Shown in pieces: positions 8,661 to 18,999 of a stretch of 39,068 bases of DNA (the stretch's first letter is position 1; each line of letters begins with the position of its first letter). Location of the stretch: the sequence record SRR31156797_15625; one strand, 5' to 3'. The notes below the pieces were generated by a model that did no database searches, was not told the DNA's origin, and worked only from the letters and a program-made list of their open reading frames with translations. The position numbers were made by a program, and so were the translations under genes.

Positions 8661-10118
8661 TCACTCTATGGGTGTGGAAGGTGTATCTACGCCATTTATC
8701 TCATTCAATGTTGCAGTTTTACTCTGCTCTTTTTGAGCTTTAATTAACGCGAGTTGCTTGTAGACCACATAGTAGCGACTGATATTGGCCACGTAATTTA
8801 CCGGCTCCTTGCCTATATTCCTGCGTGCAATCACCTCGACATTCTTAAACCATATATTTGGATTAAAACCGTGTTTTTTCGCTAATCGCCGCATTCTGTT
8901 TATATTTGCAGGACCTGCATTATATGCTGCCAGTGCAAAGTAAACCTGATTGTCTTCACTGATTTCCGGATCAGAAAAATAGTGGTCTTTAATAAAACGC
9001 ATGTACTTGATGCCAGCGTGGATATTGTTTTCGACTTTCTCTATGTTAGCGATATTGACGTTGCGGTCTTTCGCGGTACTGGGTAATACTTGCATGATAC
9101 CAATAGCGCCCTTGTGGGAGACTTTACTCTGATCGAGGCCGGATTCCTGGAACCCCTGGGCAGCCATCATTAAGTACTCAAATTGGTACAGGTCTGAATA
9201 TTGAGTGAAGAGTTTAGTCAGTTGATTTAAACGTTTTAGCTTGTTTGGGTTCAAAGCGCGGGTTAGCCAGCGTGTATCATCAATATACTTGCCGTAAATA
9301 ACATTACCGAGCAAGGTTCCTTCCTTGGCTGTTTTTAGATAGCTGTTGACGATTTTCGTCAGCTCTGGCGTCTGCTTTCTTATCGCCCAAGCAATTTTAC
9401 CTCCCTCTCTCAGTGGGAAGTCAGTGTGAACTTGAAGCCCTTTCATTACATGCAGCCACATATCGGCTTTATGATCATCAAGCACAATTGCAGGAATATG
9501 TCCTGAGTTGACCATTTCGAGTAACTCGTAATCTTGCAGTGCTTCTTCGATGAAGTGGATATTGATCGGTTTAAGTTCTTTTAAAACTAAAGATGCATTG
9601 AGTTTATTGAGGCTCTCATAGTAACTTGAGCTTTCTCTGACCCAGATGTCTTTTCCGCTTAATTGAGTTACATCGGTAATTGGCGGGGTAGTTTTATTGG
9701 TAATGATGAACTCTCGAACTTCTTTCATTAGGGGATTACTGAAGTCCACATCTTTAAGACGCTCTGGTGTTATCGTGAGATTTGCTACAGCTAAATCCGC
9801 ATACCCAGCTTGAAGTGACGGCAAAAGGTCATCTCTGAGTACAGGAATGACTTGTACATGGACGTAAGGTGCTTGCTTCTTAAGGCTTTTCTCAAAGTGA
9901 TATAGCATTTCAGCCCCTATTCCTTTAGGGCGTCCGCGATCAATGTAGTAAAAACCTAAATCTGCAGAAACAACAACCCGTATAACTCCTTTTTCTTTGA
10001 GTACAGGCCAGTCACCCTGATAGGGTTTATCACTTAATGGGGTTAACTCTATACTATTTGCCGATAAGCTCAGGAACCAGACGAGCAGAAGGCAAAGACG
10101 GTTTAGTGACACACGCAA
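8661..10118 (-). CDS. MltF-like protein: SBP family-3 domain plus lytic transglycosylase
   Basis: ADLAVANLTIT..R..DFS SBP domain; C-terminal FQES, GAIGIMQV, AAYNAGP; TTG 10118 follows AGGAG (ORF open to GTG 10136). Confidence 0.85.
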   Translation of the reverse strand: MRVSLNRLCLLLVWFLSLSANSIELTPLSDKPYQGDWPVLKEKGVIRVVVSADLGFYYIDRGRPKGIGAEMLYHFEKSLKKQAPYVHVQVIPVLRDDLLPSLQAGYADLAVANLTITPERLKDVDFSNPLMKEVREFIITNKTTPPITDVTQLSGKDIWVRESSSYYESLNKLNASLVLKELKPINIHFIEEALQDYELLEMVNSGHIPAIVLDDHKADMWLHVMKGLQVHTDFPLREGGKIAWAIRKQTPELTKIVNSYLKTAKEGTLLGNVIYGKYIDDTRWLTRALNPNKLKRLNQLTKLFTQYSDLYQFEYLMMAAQGFQESGLDQSKVSHKGAIGIMQVLPSTAKDRNVNIANIEKVENNIHAGIKYMRFIKDHYFSDPEISEDNQVYFALAAYNAGPANINRMRRLAKKHGFNPNIWFKNVEVIARRNIGKEPVNYVANISRYYVVYKQLALIKAQKEQSKTATLNEINGVDTPSTPIE

Positions 10119-10274
10119 AATGCCGCTCCTTTGCACTTTTTACGATATCGATACCCAACTGAACTTATTAGAGCTTGCTCTATAAGCTCAGTTCAAGATG
10201 TATAATTTCAGGAATGATGATTCCTTTTTTAATATTTATAAGTGTATGAACAAAAGGCGATTTCAGCAAATTAG

Positions 10275-10313
10275 AAATAAATAAGCCACTGTAAATACAG
10301 TGGCTTATTTATT
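10275..10313 (-). terminator. srmB terminator
   Basis: 18-bp inverted repeat AATAAATAAGCCACTGTA/TACAGTGGCTTATTTATT just after the srmB stop. Confidence 0.75.
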
Positions 10314-10326
10314 GGAAGGTGAGGTG

Positions 10327-11562
10327 TTACTTTTTCTTCTTAGCTGTGGTTTTCTTTTTCACTGCGTCTTTTTTCTTTTTAGTCGCAGAAGGTTTTTTCT
10401 TCTTAAATACCGCTTTCTTATGCTTAGGTCGCATGCCGTCGATATAACGCTCTTTAATATCTTCTTTGATGTAACGAGAGACACGTTCAATCATTGGCTG
10501 GTCGTGTGCTTCTACCAGAGAAATAGCATTACCTTTCTTACCCGCACGAGCCGTACGACCTATACGGTGCAGATAAACATCCGCTGTACGTGGCATATCA
10601 AAGTTAATCACGTGGCTGACATCAGGGATATCAATGCCGCGAGCCGCAACGTCTGTGGCAAGAAGAATGCTTACGGTACCATCACGGAAACGTGAAATCG
10701 CATTGTTGCGGCGATCCTGTGGCATTTCACCTTGGATCCAAACACATGGAATTTGTGCTCGTTCCAGTTCGGTACGAAGTTCGGCCAAACGTTCGCGAGT
10801 TTTTAAGAATACGATCGCGCGTTCTGATTGCTCAGTTAAGATCGTCTTCAACAGTTCAAGCTTGTGCGTCATGTCGTCTGCACGGTGGTACCATTGAGTG
10901 ATCTTCTTACGTTCACGACGTGGTGGCTCAGCATTAACAATCGCAGGCTCATTCAGTAGATCAGCAGTGAAACCTTCAACACCTTTGCCTTCTAATGTTG
11001 CAGAGAACAAAAGGGTTTGTTTACGCCAGCGACACTCAGCAGACAGACGGTCAACCACAGGACCAAAGCCCATATCCAGCATTCGGTCTGCTTCATCAAG
11101 AATTAGCCATTCAATTGCGCGGCAGTCAAAGCGTTCTGCATCAATGTATTCCAGTAAGCGACCCGGCGTTGCAACCACGATGTCTTGAGTCGTTGCCAAA
11201 ACATCGGCGTGCTCTTGGTATTGAACGCCACCAGTAATACTGAAAATGTTCATATGCGTGTATTTTGCTAGTGCTTTTGCTTGTTCTGTAATTTGCAGCG
11301 CTAACTCACGAGTTGGGGTCAGGATGAGAACACGAGCAGGACCTGCTTTCTTACGAGGGAAATCTTGTAAGTATTGCAATGCCGGGATGACGAACGCTGC
11401 TGTTTTACCTGTACCTGTCGGAGCGGATGCATAGACATCTTTTCCATCAAGAGCTTGAGGGATTGCTTCAGCCTGAACCTGAGTCGGGCGTTCGAAGCCC
11501 ATCTCTTCAATAGCCTCAACGAGGTTAGGATCCAGTTCTAAGTCAGCAAAAGATTTGATCAC
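10327..11562 (-). CDS. srmB: DEAD-box RNA helicase SrmB
   Basis: APTGTGKT, PTRELA, DEADRMLDMGF, SAT, HRIGRTARAG; Lys-rich tail; GTG start after GGAG. Confidence 0.95.
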   Translation of the reverse strand: MIKSFADLELDPNLVEAIEEMGFERPTQVQAEAIPQALDGKDVYASAPTGTGKTAAFVIPALQYLQDFPRKKAGPARVLILTPTRELALQITEQAKALAKYTHMNIFSITGGVQYQEHADVLATTQDIVVATPGRLLEYIDAERFDCRAIEWLILDEADRMLDMGFGPVVDRLSAECRWRKQTLLFSATLEGKGVEGFTADLLNEPAIVNAEPPRRERKKITQWYHRADDMTHKLELLKTILTEQSERAIVFLKTRERLAELRTELERAQIPCVWIQGEMPQDRRNNAISRFRDGTVSILLATDVAARGIDIPDVSHVINFDMPRTADVYLHRIGRTARAGKKGNAISLVEAHDQPMIERVSRYIKEDIKERYIDGMRPKHKKAVFKKKKPSATKKKKDAVKKKTTAKKKK

Positions 11563-11676
11563 TGTAAATACTCCGCAAGCGCTCGGCTGAGCAGTTAAAC
11601 CTGATCAGACACTCTGATCAGTCAAATAAAGGGCGCACATTATAGATGGATCGCCGTTCAGATCACATCTTTAATT

Positions 11677-12396
11677 CTACATCTTCAAATAAAAAGATCG
11701 TGTTAGTGCTATGAAGGCTTCAGTGTAGCCCATTTCATCTCTTACGATCAGCTCTGTTTTTTGGCAATCGCTCTTTTGTTTTTTCAGCTCAAACAGCACT
11801 CGATTGGCTGGTTTCGTTAAAGTGGGCTTTACCGAGCACAAGCGAGACAGAAACAAACCATTTTTCTCCGCGATATCAATAAACTGTTCACCTTCAGTGA
11901 CAGGAAGAACAAAGCTTGCTGTTCCCTGAGGGGCCAATATCGCGAAAATGACCTGAATTAAACTTTCATGGCTTAAAGTATCAGTGTGTCGCGCTGTTGC
12001 TCTTTGGATGTGTTGTGAATGCTCGCCGCTATTGAAATAGGGTGGGTTACAGATTATGCCTTCAAAGCATTGTTGAAATTTGCTTTCGAGAATATCGAGT
12101 TGATGAACAGCAATCTGATCTTGCCAAGGTGAAGCCTTAACATTGGCTGAGGCTGCCATATACGCATGTTCGTCAATATCAATGGCTTCTATTTGACTGT
12201 GTGGATATCTTTGAGCGCACATCAGAGCAAGCAATCCTGTTCCAGTTCCAATATCTAGAATATTGGCTGGACGATGCTCGAATGACCAAGCCCCCAGTAG
12301 CACACCATCGGTACTGACTGGCATGCCACTTTGTCCACCTTCAATAGAAAATTGCTTAAATTTAAAGCCCTTAGTTTTTAATGTGCTACTTTTCAT
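11677..12396 (-). CDS. yfiC: tRNA1(Val) adenine(37)-N6 methyltransferase
   Basis: FKFKQF, TDGVLLGAW, LDIGTGTG, NPPYF, ARHT motifs; adjacent to srmB. Confidence 0.92.
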   Translation of the reverse strand: MKSSTLKTKGFKFKQFSIEGGQSGMPVSTDGVLLGAWSFEHRPANILDIGTGTGLLALMCAQRYPHSQIEAIDIDEHAYMAASANVKASPWQDQIAVHQLDILESKFQQCFEGIICNPPYFNSGEHSQHIQRATARHTDTLSHESLIQVIFAILAPQGTASFVLPVTEGEQFIDIAEKNGLFLSRLCSVKPTLTKPANRVLFELKKQKSDCQKTELIVRDEMGYTEAFIALTRSFYLKM

Positions 12397-12591
12397 GAAT
12401 ATATCGATTTTTGTTAATTATTAAGAGACTAAAACTACTTTGCTTTGTTTGTATAACATATTGTTCTTTATTGGTGGTTGTTTATAACTCTTATTTATTG
12501 GTTTTTTATGCTGGTTATTTTTTAAAAACCAGTGTTAATCGCTGGTTGTTTGTTAAAAATATAAATTAATGTGGCGTTTTTTTCTCTTAGC

Positions 12592-12620
12592 TTGCCAATT
12601 GAATTTTGATTCGTCATTAT
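12592..12620 (+). promoter_or_regulatory. Candidate sigma70 promoter for brnQ
   Basis: TTGCCA-N17-CATTAT followed by GC-rich TCGCCCC. Confidence 0.5.
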
Positions 12621-12758
12621 TCGCCCCTATTTTTTGCTTGGGAAAGCCGTTTCCGATGTAAAAAATAGCCCCAAAAACTTTTAGGAGCAGGATTTTCTGT
12701 TTCGCTTTTAGGTTACTGGGCATACACAACATTAACGAATAATTATTAAGGATTATCT

Positions 12759-14063
12759 GTGAAACAGACGTTAAAATTAACAGATATTATAGCCTTGGGC
12801 TTTATGCTTTTTGCCTTCTTTTTAGGCGCTGGTAACATTATCTTTCCTCCTTTGGCTGGACAATTAGCAGGTGAAAACCTACTTCCAGCGATGAGTGGCT
12901 TTCTTTTTACTGCTGTGGGTTTACCGCTAGCGACCATTATTGCGGTTGCTATTGCAGGTGGTAGCTGGGAGCACTTAACTAAGCATTTACCAGCTAAAGC
13001 GGCTTTGGTAATGGCTGCTCTTATCTTTATTATCATTGGTCCTGCATTCGCGGCACCTCGTACTGGCCTTGTGGCTTACGAAATGGCGGTTAAACCACTA
13101 TTTGCAGACCTGAATCTGACTCTGTTTTCTATTTTGTTCTTTGCAGTCGCTATGTTCTTCTCATGGTCACAAGGCAAACTCATTGATGTGATTGGTAAAG
13201 TTCTTACTCCAGCTCTTTTCATTGGTTTGATTGTGTTAGCTGTTGGTGTATTTCTTTTCCCACAAGGTGAAATGTTGGCAGCTCAAGGTGAGTACGCAAC
13301 TCAACCTTTAACTAAAGGTTTCCTTGAAGGCTACAACACCATGGATACGTTCGGTGCGTTGATGTTCGGCATCCTGATTGTTGATGCTCTAAAAGGCAAA
13401 GGTATCACTGAAAGTGGCGCAACAACGAAATACCTAATCAGTGCAGCAGTAATTGCAGCTGTTGGTCTTGCATTCGTATACATTTCTTTATTCTATTTAG
13501 GTGCAACCAGCTCTTCTGTGGCCGCTGGTGCAGACAATGGTGGTGTGGTTCTTAGCCAATACGTAATGTCACTGTTTGGCGCAAAAGGTCAGCTTGTTCT
13601 TTCTGTGATTGTTCTGCTTGCATGTTTAACAACAGCAATTGGTTTGATTTCGGCATGTTCTGATTTCTTCAGTGCTCATACTCCTATTTCATACAAAGTT
13701 TGGGTACTAATTAACGGTGTTGCGTGCGCTGTTGTAGCAAATGTTGGTTTGGCTCAGCTGATTGCTCTGTCTGTACCTGTTCTATTCGCATTGTACCCAG
13801 TAGCGATTGCTTTAGTTGCGCTGACTTTTGCTCGTAATAAGTTAGCTAATCCACAATTGGCTTACCGTGTCGTTATCCTGGTATCGCTATTGTTTGCTCT
13901 GATTGACGCAGCAAAAGTGTCAGGTTTAGATGTTTCGTTGTTCAATTTCCTACCACTGTTTGAAATTGGTATGGGGTGGTTACTGCCGACATTTGCAACA
14001 ATGTTTGTAATGATGTTTGTTGGTGGTTCTGAAAAAACTCAACTAGAGCAAGAAACAGCATAA
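12759..14063 (+). CDS. brnQ: Branched-chain amino acid:cation symporter BrnQ
   Basis: FMLFAFFLGAGNIIFPP, GPAFAAPRT, GYNTMD, LACLTTAIGL; polytopic membrane protein. Confidence 0.95.
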   Translation: MKQTLKLTDIIALGFMLFAFFLGAGNIIFPPLAGQLAGENLLPAMSGFLFTAVGLPLATIIAVAIAGGSWEHLTKHLPAKAALVMAALIFIIIGPAFAAPRTGLVAYEMAVKPLFADLNLTLFSILFFAVAMFFSWSQGKLIDVIGKVLTPALFIGLIVLAVGVFLFPQGEMLAAQGEYATQPLTKGFLEGYNTMDTFGALMFGILIVDALKGKGITESGATTKYLISAAVIAAVGLAFVYISLFYLGATSSSVAAGADNGGVVLSQYVMSLFGAKGQLVLSVIVLLACLTTAIGLISACSDFFSAHTPISYKVWVLINGVACAVVANVGLAQLIALSVPVLFALYPVAIALVALTFARNKLANPQLAYRVVILVSLLFALIDAAKVSGLDVSLFNFLPLFEIGMGWLLPTFATMFVMMFVGGSEKTQLEQETA

Positions 14064-14080
14064 TTAAGTATTACTTTTAG

Positions 14081-14128
14081 AAGAGGCGCCTGAGACTGTA
14101 TTTATACTGAACTCGGCGCCTCTTTTTT
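14081..14128 (+). terminator. brnQ terminator
   Basis: AAGAGGCGCC...GGCGCCTCTT followed by a T run. Confidence 0.75.
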
Positions 14129-14265
14129 ATTGAGAGCAAAACCTAGACAGCACTTAGATTTTCTGTACAACTACCCATCAAAATATCCCTAATTTTTCCT
14201 GTATCTTCGTCACATTTTTCAGTAGAATTCTTCGGTTAAATTCTACTCATAAAGCTTAAGCGAAA

Positions 14266-15364
14266 ATGTTTGAAATCAATCCAATTAAAAACCGCATGCA
14301 GGATGTGTCAGAGCGCACAAATATCCTGAGGGGGTACCTTTGACTATGACGCTAAGAAAGAGCGTCTAGAAGAAGTTAACGCAGAATTAGAACAACCCGA
14401 TGTATGGAACGAACCTGAGCGTGCACAAGCGCTGGGTAAAGAGCGTTCATCATTAGAAGCGGTTGTTGAAACTATCGATCAGCTAGATCAAGGTGTTGAA
14501 GACGTTGAAGGTCTTCTTGAACTGGCTGTAGAAGAAGAAGATCAAGAAACATTTGATGAAATCGAACCTGAATTAGCGGAATTAGAAGCTAAGTTAGAGA
14601 AACTTGAATTCCGTCGAATGTTTGCTGGTGATCACGACTCATCGGATTGCTACATCGACCTTCAGTCTGGCTCTGGTGGTACAGAAGCACAAGATTGGAC
14701 TTCAATGATGTTACGCATGTACTTGCGCTGGGCTGAAGCTAAGGGCTTCAAAACAGAAGTGATTGAAGTTTCTGAAGGTGAAGTCGCAGGCCTTAAGTCT
14801 GCAACTGTTCGTATTGTGGGTGACTACGCTTACGGTTGGCTACGCACTGAAACAGGCGTTCACCGTTTGGTTCGTAAGTCTCCGTTCGATTCGGGTGGCC
14901 GTCGTCATACTTCTTTTGCCTCTGCGTTTATCTACCCAGAAGTGGATGACAATATTGCGATTGATATCAACCCAGCGGATCTGCGTATTGACGTATATCG
15001 TGCATCGGGTGCGGGTGGTCAGCACGTGAACACCACCGAATCTGCGGTACGTATTACTCACTTACCAACCAACACAGTGGTACAGTGTCAGAATGACCGC
15101 TCTCAGCACAAGAACAAAGATCAGGCCATGAAACAGCTTCGTGCGAAATTGTTTGAGCTTGAACTACAAAAGCAAAATGCTGAGAAGCAAGCGAATGAAG
15201 ACGCGAAATCTGACATCGGTTGGGGTAGCCAAATTCGCTCATACGTACTAGATGATTCTAGAATTAAAGATTTACGCACCGGCGTAGAAAACCGTAACAC
15301 TCAAGCGGTTCTTGACGGTGACTTAGACAAATTTATTGAAGCTAGCCTGAAATCAGGCCTGTAA
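14266..15364 (+). CDS. prfB: Peptide chain release factor 2 with programmed +1 frameshift (join 14266..14340,14342..15364; 365 aa)
   Basis: [14 protein letters not shown], then CTT-TGA-C at 14338-14344 preceded by internal SD AGGGGG; the +1 frame carries SPF and GGQ motifs. Confidence 0.97.
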
Positions 15365-15396
15365 GCTTTTTACCGACAATACAGGGTACATGCAAA

Positions 15397-16929
15397 ATGA
15401 CTGATGCTGTTCAAAACGAAATGAATCAAGAACAAATCGCGCAAGAAGAAAACAAACTGATTGCAGAACGTCGTAGCAAGTTAGAACACATCCGTAAGAG
15501 CTGTAAATCGAATGGTCATCCAAATGATTTCCGTCGTGACAGCCTGGCTGGTGATCTACAAGCCGAGTTCGGTGAAAAGACTAAAGAAGAACTAGAAGAG
15601 CTAAACCATATCGTTGCTATTGCTGGTCGTGTAATGGCAAAACGTGGTCCATTCCTTGTTATTCAAGAAACTTCTGGCCGTATTCAAGCTTACGCTGCAA
15701 AAGACGTACAGAAAGAACTAAAAGAGAAATACCAAGGTTTAGATATCGGTGACATCATCGGCGTTAAAGGTGCACTGCATAAATCAGGTAAAGGCGATCT
15801 TTACGTGAATATGGAAGAGTATGAGTTGCTAACTAAAGCACTTCGCCCACTTCCAGAGAAGTTCCACGGTTTGACTGACCAAGAGATGCGTTACCGTCAA
15901 CGTTACGTTGACCTAATCGTGAATGAAGATTCTCGTAAGACTTTCATTATCCGCTCTAAGCTGGTTAGCGCAATCCGTAGCTTCATGACTTCAAAAGGTT
16001 ACTTAGAAGTTGAAACTCCAATGATGCACGTTATCCCTGGTGGTGCAACGGCTCGTCCATTCGTTACACACCACAATGCGTTAGACATCGATATGTACCT
16101 ACGTGTTGCACCAGAGCTATACCTGAAGCGTCTGGTTGTGGGTGGTTTTGATCGCGTATTCGAAATCAACCGTAACTTCCGTAACGAAGGCTTGTCTCCA
16201 CGTCACAACCCAGAATTCACAATGATGGAATTCTACCAAGCATACTCTGACTACAAAGATTTAATGGATCTTACAGAAGAGATGCTAAGCACGGTTGCGA
16301 TGAACGTTCTAGGTTCAACTTCAATGCCTTACGGTGATGAAATGGTTGAGTTTGGCGGTACTTACGCGCGCATGAGCATGTTTGAAGCGATCAAACAGTA
16401 CAACCCAGATCACGCTCAAATTCAGGCGCTAACGGAAGCCGATCTGCAAGATCGTGACCTAATGGTTTCTATCGCGAAATCTGTTCACGTTGATGTAGAA
16501 GAGTTCTGGACATGTGGTCAACTGCTGGAAGAGATCTTTGGTGAAACTGCTGAGCCTAAATTGATTCAGCCGACATTCATCACTGGCTACCCAGCGGACA
16601 TCTCTCCATTGGCACGTCGTAGCGATAACAACCCGTTTTTCACTGACCGTTTTGAGTTCTTCATTGGTGGCCGTGAAGTGGCAAATGGCTTCTCGGAGCT
16701 GAATGACGCTGAAGATCAAGATGCACGTTTTAAAGCGCAGGTTGCTGCTAAAGAATCGGGTGATGACGAAGCAATGTACTACGATGCAGATTACATCACT
16801 GCTCTAGAGCACGGCTTGCCGCCAACAGCGGGTCAAGGTATCGGTATTGACCGTCTGTCTATGCTATTTGCTAACGCACATACTATTCGCGACGTTATTC
16901 TGTTCCCAGCGATGCGTCCGCAGCAGTAA
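15397..16929 (+). CDS. lysS: Lysine-tRNA ligase
   Basis: [35 protein letters not shown]; follows prfB. Confidence 0.97.
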   Translation: MTDAVQNEMNQEQIAQEENKLIAERRSKLEHIRKSCKSNGHPNDFRRDSLAGDLQAEFGEKTKEELEELNHIVAIAGRVMAKRGPFLVIQETSGRIQAYAAKDVQKELKEKYQGLDIGDIIGVKGALHKSGKGDLYVNMEEYELLTKALRPLPEKFHGLTDQEMRYRQRYVDLIVNEDSRKTFIIRSKLVSAIRSFMTSKGYLEVETPMMHVIPGGATARPFVTHHNALDIDMYLRVAPELYLKRLVVGGFDRVFEINRNFRNEGLSPRHNPEFTMMEFYQAYSDYKDLMDLTEEMLSTVAMNVLGSTSMPYGDEMVEFGGTYARMSMFEAIKQYNPDHAQIQALTEADLQDRDLMVSIAKSVHVDVEEFWTCGQLLEEIFGETAEPKLIQPTFITGYPADISPLARRSDNNPFFTDRFEFFIGGREVANGFSELNDAEDQDARFKAQVAAKESGDDEAMYYDADYITALEHGLPPTAGQGIGIDRLSMLFANAHTIRDVILFPAMRPQQ

Positions 16930-16946
16930 TTTTATACTGATTATAT

Positions 16947-16969
16947 AAACCGCCTTCGGGCGGTTTTTT
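16947..16969 (+). terminator. prfB-lysS terminator
   Basis: AAACCGCC-TTCG-GGCGGTTTTTT. Confidence 0.9.
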
Positions 16970-17154
16970 ATTACTCAAAACTTTTGGTGTGATCTTCGAC
17001 CCATTTCAAGATCTTTTATAGAAAAAATCCCATTTCCTTTCTAGTCTTATATATGAGACAGATTCTCGTCTTAAGTCTCGCTACTGTAACAGTTGGTTGG
17101 CTAAGTGCAGCGCAGATGCACTTATAAATAATTTGAATAACTAAGGATAAGTTC

Positions 17155-18486
17155 ATGGGTAATCAGTTCCGGATGGACTCTGTACCAGGTTCATTGATTG
17201 TCGTTGGTGGTACATACGAACCCTGGCTATCTGTTTTAGAGCAAGTCGGATGGAGATGCACTCAGTGTGCGGACTTACGTCAGGCAGATACATTGTTCGC
17301 AGAAACAGGGCCTTGTATTGGTATTGTCGATCTTTGTCATGATGAGTTTAGTTTAAATGGTATTGCGAACTTGGTGAGTAATCACAAGCAAGTTCGTTGG
17401 CTAGCATTTATTCGTGAATCTCAACTAAGCTCAGATACTATCTGCCAGTTTATTGTGAACTTCTGTATCGACTTTTTTACCGCGCCAATTCCAGATGCAC
17501 AGTTACTTAGCACCATTGGCCACCAGTTGGGCATGTTGAAGTTAGAGAAAAAGGTTTGGCCGCATTATGGGTCAAACAGTGATATGGGACTTATCGGTGA
17601 ATCAATTCCAATCAAGCGACTGCGCGATCAGATAAAACGTATTGGCCCAACGGACGTGAGTATTCTGATTTACGGAGAAAACGGTACAGGTAAAGAAACT
17701 GTAGCGAAAGCCATTCATAAAACGTCAGCTCGTGCACAAAAACCGTTTTTCTCAGTTAACTGTCGTGCACTGTCTGAAAACCGTCTCGAGTGTGAGCTGT
17801 TTGGTATTGGCTCAGATTGCGATGATAAACCCATTTTATTGCAAGCGGACGGTGGTACGGTTCTACTCAATGATATTTTGACGCTTCCAAAGAGTCAGCA
17901 GCTTAACCTGCTGCGTTTTCTCCAAGAAGGTACGGTTGAAACTAAGAATGGCATTCAGGAAGTGGATGTGCGAATTCTGGCAGCAAACTCATCCGATATA
18001 GAGAAAGCTTTGATTGATGGAAACTTCAACGAAGAGCTATACCACTATATCAATGTGCTGCGTATTAACGTACCAAGCTTGAAAGAAAGGGCTGGTGATA
18101 TTTTGATATTGGCTCGTCATTTCTTGCAAGAATATTCGAAAGAGTACAATGCACAGGCTCGTAGCTTTTCTGAAGAAGCGGCTCGTTCGTTAACCCGTTA
18201 TCATTGGCCAGGTAATGTTCGCGAGTTAATGAATCAGATAAAACGCATTGTACTTATGTCTGATAGCGTTGTGATTGAAGAAGAGCGCTTAGAGCTACCA
18301 AAACGCAGTGATGGAAAACGTAGCTTGAAGAGTATCCGTGAGCGTTCAGAGCGTGATGCGTTGTTACTGGTTTTAGAATCTTATTCTGGGCAGGTTTCTG
18401 TAGCGGCAAAAGAACTTGGAGTGTCACGCGCAACCATGTATCGGCTGCTGAATAAGCATAACTTAATTACGGACACGACGTACTAA
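17155..18486 (+). CDS. vpsR: c-di-GMP-responsive atypical enhancer-binding regulator VpsR/CpsR
   Basis: N-terminus QFRMDSVPGSLIVVGGTYEPWL; AAA+ with GENGTGKE but no GAFTGA; Fis-type HTH; downstream of lysS. Confidence 0.92.
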   Translation: MGNQFRMDSVPGSLIVVGGTYEPWLSVLEQVGWRCTQCADLRQADTLFAETGPCIGIVDLCHDEFSLNGIANLVSNHKQVRWLAFIRESQLSSDTICQFIVNFCIDFFTAPIPDAQLLSTIGHQLGMLKLEKKVWPHYGSNSDMGLIGESIPIKRLRDQIKRIGPTDVSILIYGENGTGKETVAKAIHKTSARAQKPFFSVNCRALSENRLECELFGIGSDCDDKPILLQADGGTVLLNDILTLPKSQQLNLLRFLQEGTVETKNGIQEVDVRILAANSSDIEKALIDGNFNEELYHYINVLRINVPSLKERAGDILILARHFLQEYSKEYNAQARSFSEEAARSLTRYHWPGNVRELMNQIKRIVLMSDSVVIEEERLELPKRSDGKRSLKSIRERSERDALLLVLESYSGQVSVAAKELGVSRATMYRLLNKHNLITDTTY

Positions 18487-18499
18487 ATCGTTATTCGCT

Positions 18500-18529
18500 A
18501 AAATAGCCACTGTAGAGTGGCTATTTTTT
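18500..18529 (+). terminator. vpsR terminator
   Basis: AAAATAGCCACT-GTAG-AGTGGCTATTTTTT. Confidence 0.85.
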
Positions 18530-18738
18530 GGTTAATAGTTCTTCATTTGTAACAACTTGCAACTGAATATGTTGTAGTTTCTTTGTTATTCACTGTGTAA
18601 ATGGATGGATCCATTTAATTGCTCTGTTTTTAATGTTTTGGGGTTGAACTATTCTTATAATTGCATATTATTTAACCGTAAGCCTAGCTTACTGAAATTA
18701 CTAATTTTTTGGATTAACTATTTGCTTGGAGGCGCAAC

Positions 18739-18864
18739 ATGAAACATTTTCTATCTGTTCAAACTGTTAGCGCCTTTGATATGTGTGATCGTTCCGATTT
18801 TGCATCGACCATCGCCATGTCTATGGCTGCGCGTAACGCCAGCAAACAAGATAAAGATATCTAG
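18739..18864 (+). CDS. Putative 41-aa small protein MKHFLSVQTVSAFDMCDRSDFASTIAMSMAARNASKQDKDI
   Basis: ATG 6 nt after a GGAGG SD (18728-18732); 41 open codons in an otherwise empty intergenic region; followed by a long hairpin. Confidence 0.6.
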   Translation: MKHFLSVQTVSAFDMCDRSDFASTIAMSMAARNASKQDKDI

Positions 18865-18999
18865 TTAATCCGTAACCTCTAAATCAGGCTGCGGAAAATG
18901 GCAGCTAAGTTTAGAGGTAAACCTACCTTATATAGCATCCTTGCTGACAAACTTAGTCGCTATTTTCCCCAGTTAACTTAACCAAACTGGAGAAAGACT

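Noticed and set aside
10300-11519. Antisense and alternate-frame ORFs over srmB (and similar ones over slt, mbaA, ptsP, clpB and the ABC genes)
   Set aside because: Shadow ORFs inside well-supported genes, with no recognisable motifs
11601-11621. CTGATCAG-ACACT-CTGATCAG repeat before srmB
   Set aside because: Short hairpin/repeat with no second occurrence noticed and no assignable function
14221-14247. AGTAGAATT/AATTCTACT inverted repeat before prfB, superficially like the riboswitch 5' strand
   Set aside because: Lacks GCGGU and GGACAUUG; overlaps a likely -10 box (TAGAAT)
14266-14617. prfB as truncated gene or pseudogene
   Set aside because: Canonical programmed frameshift signal is present
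16988-17003. CRP site upstream of vpsR
   Set aside because: Only one good half-site (TGTGA-N6-ACCCA); too weak to call
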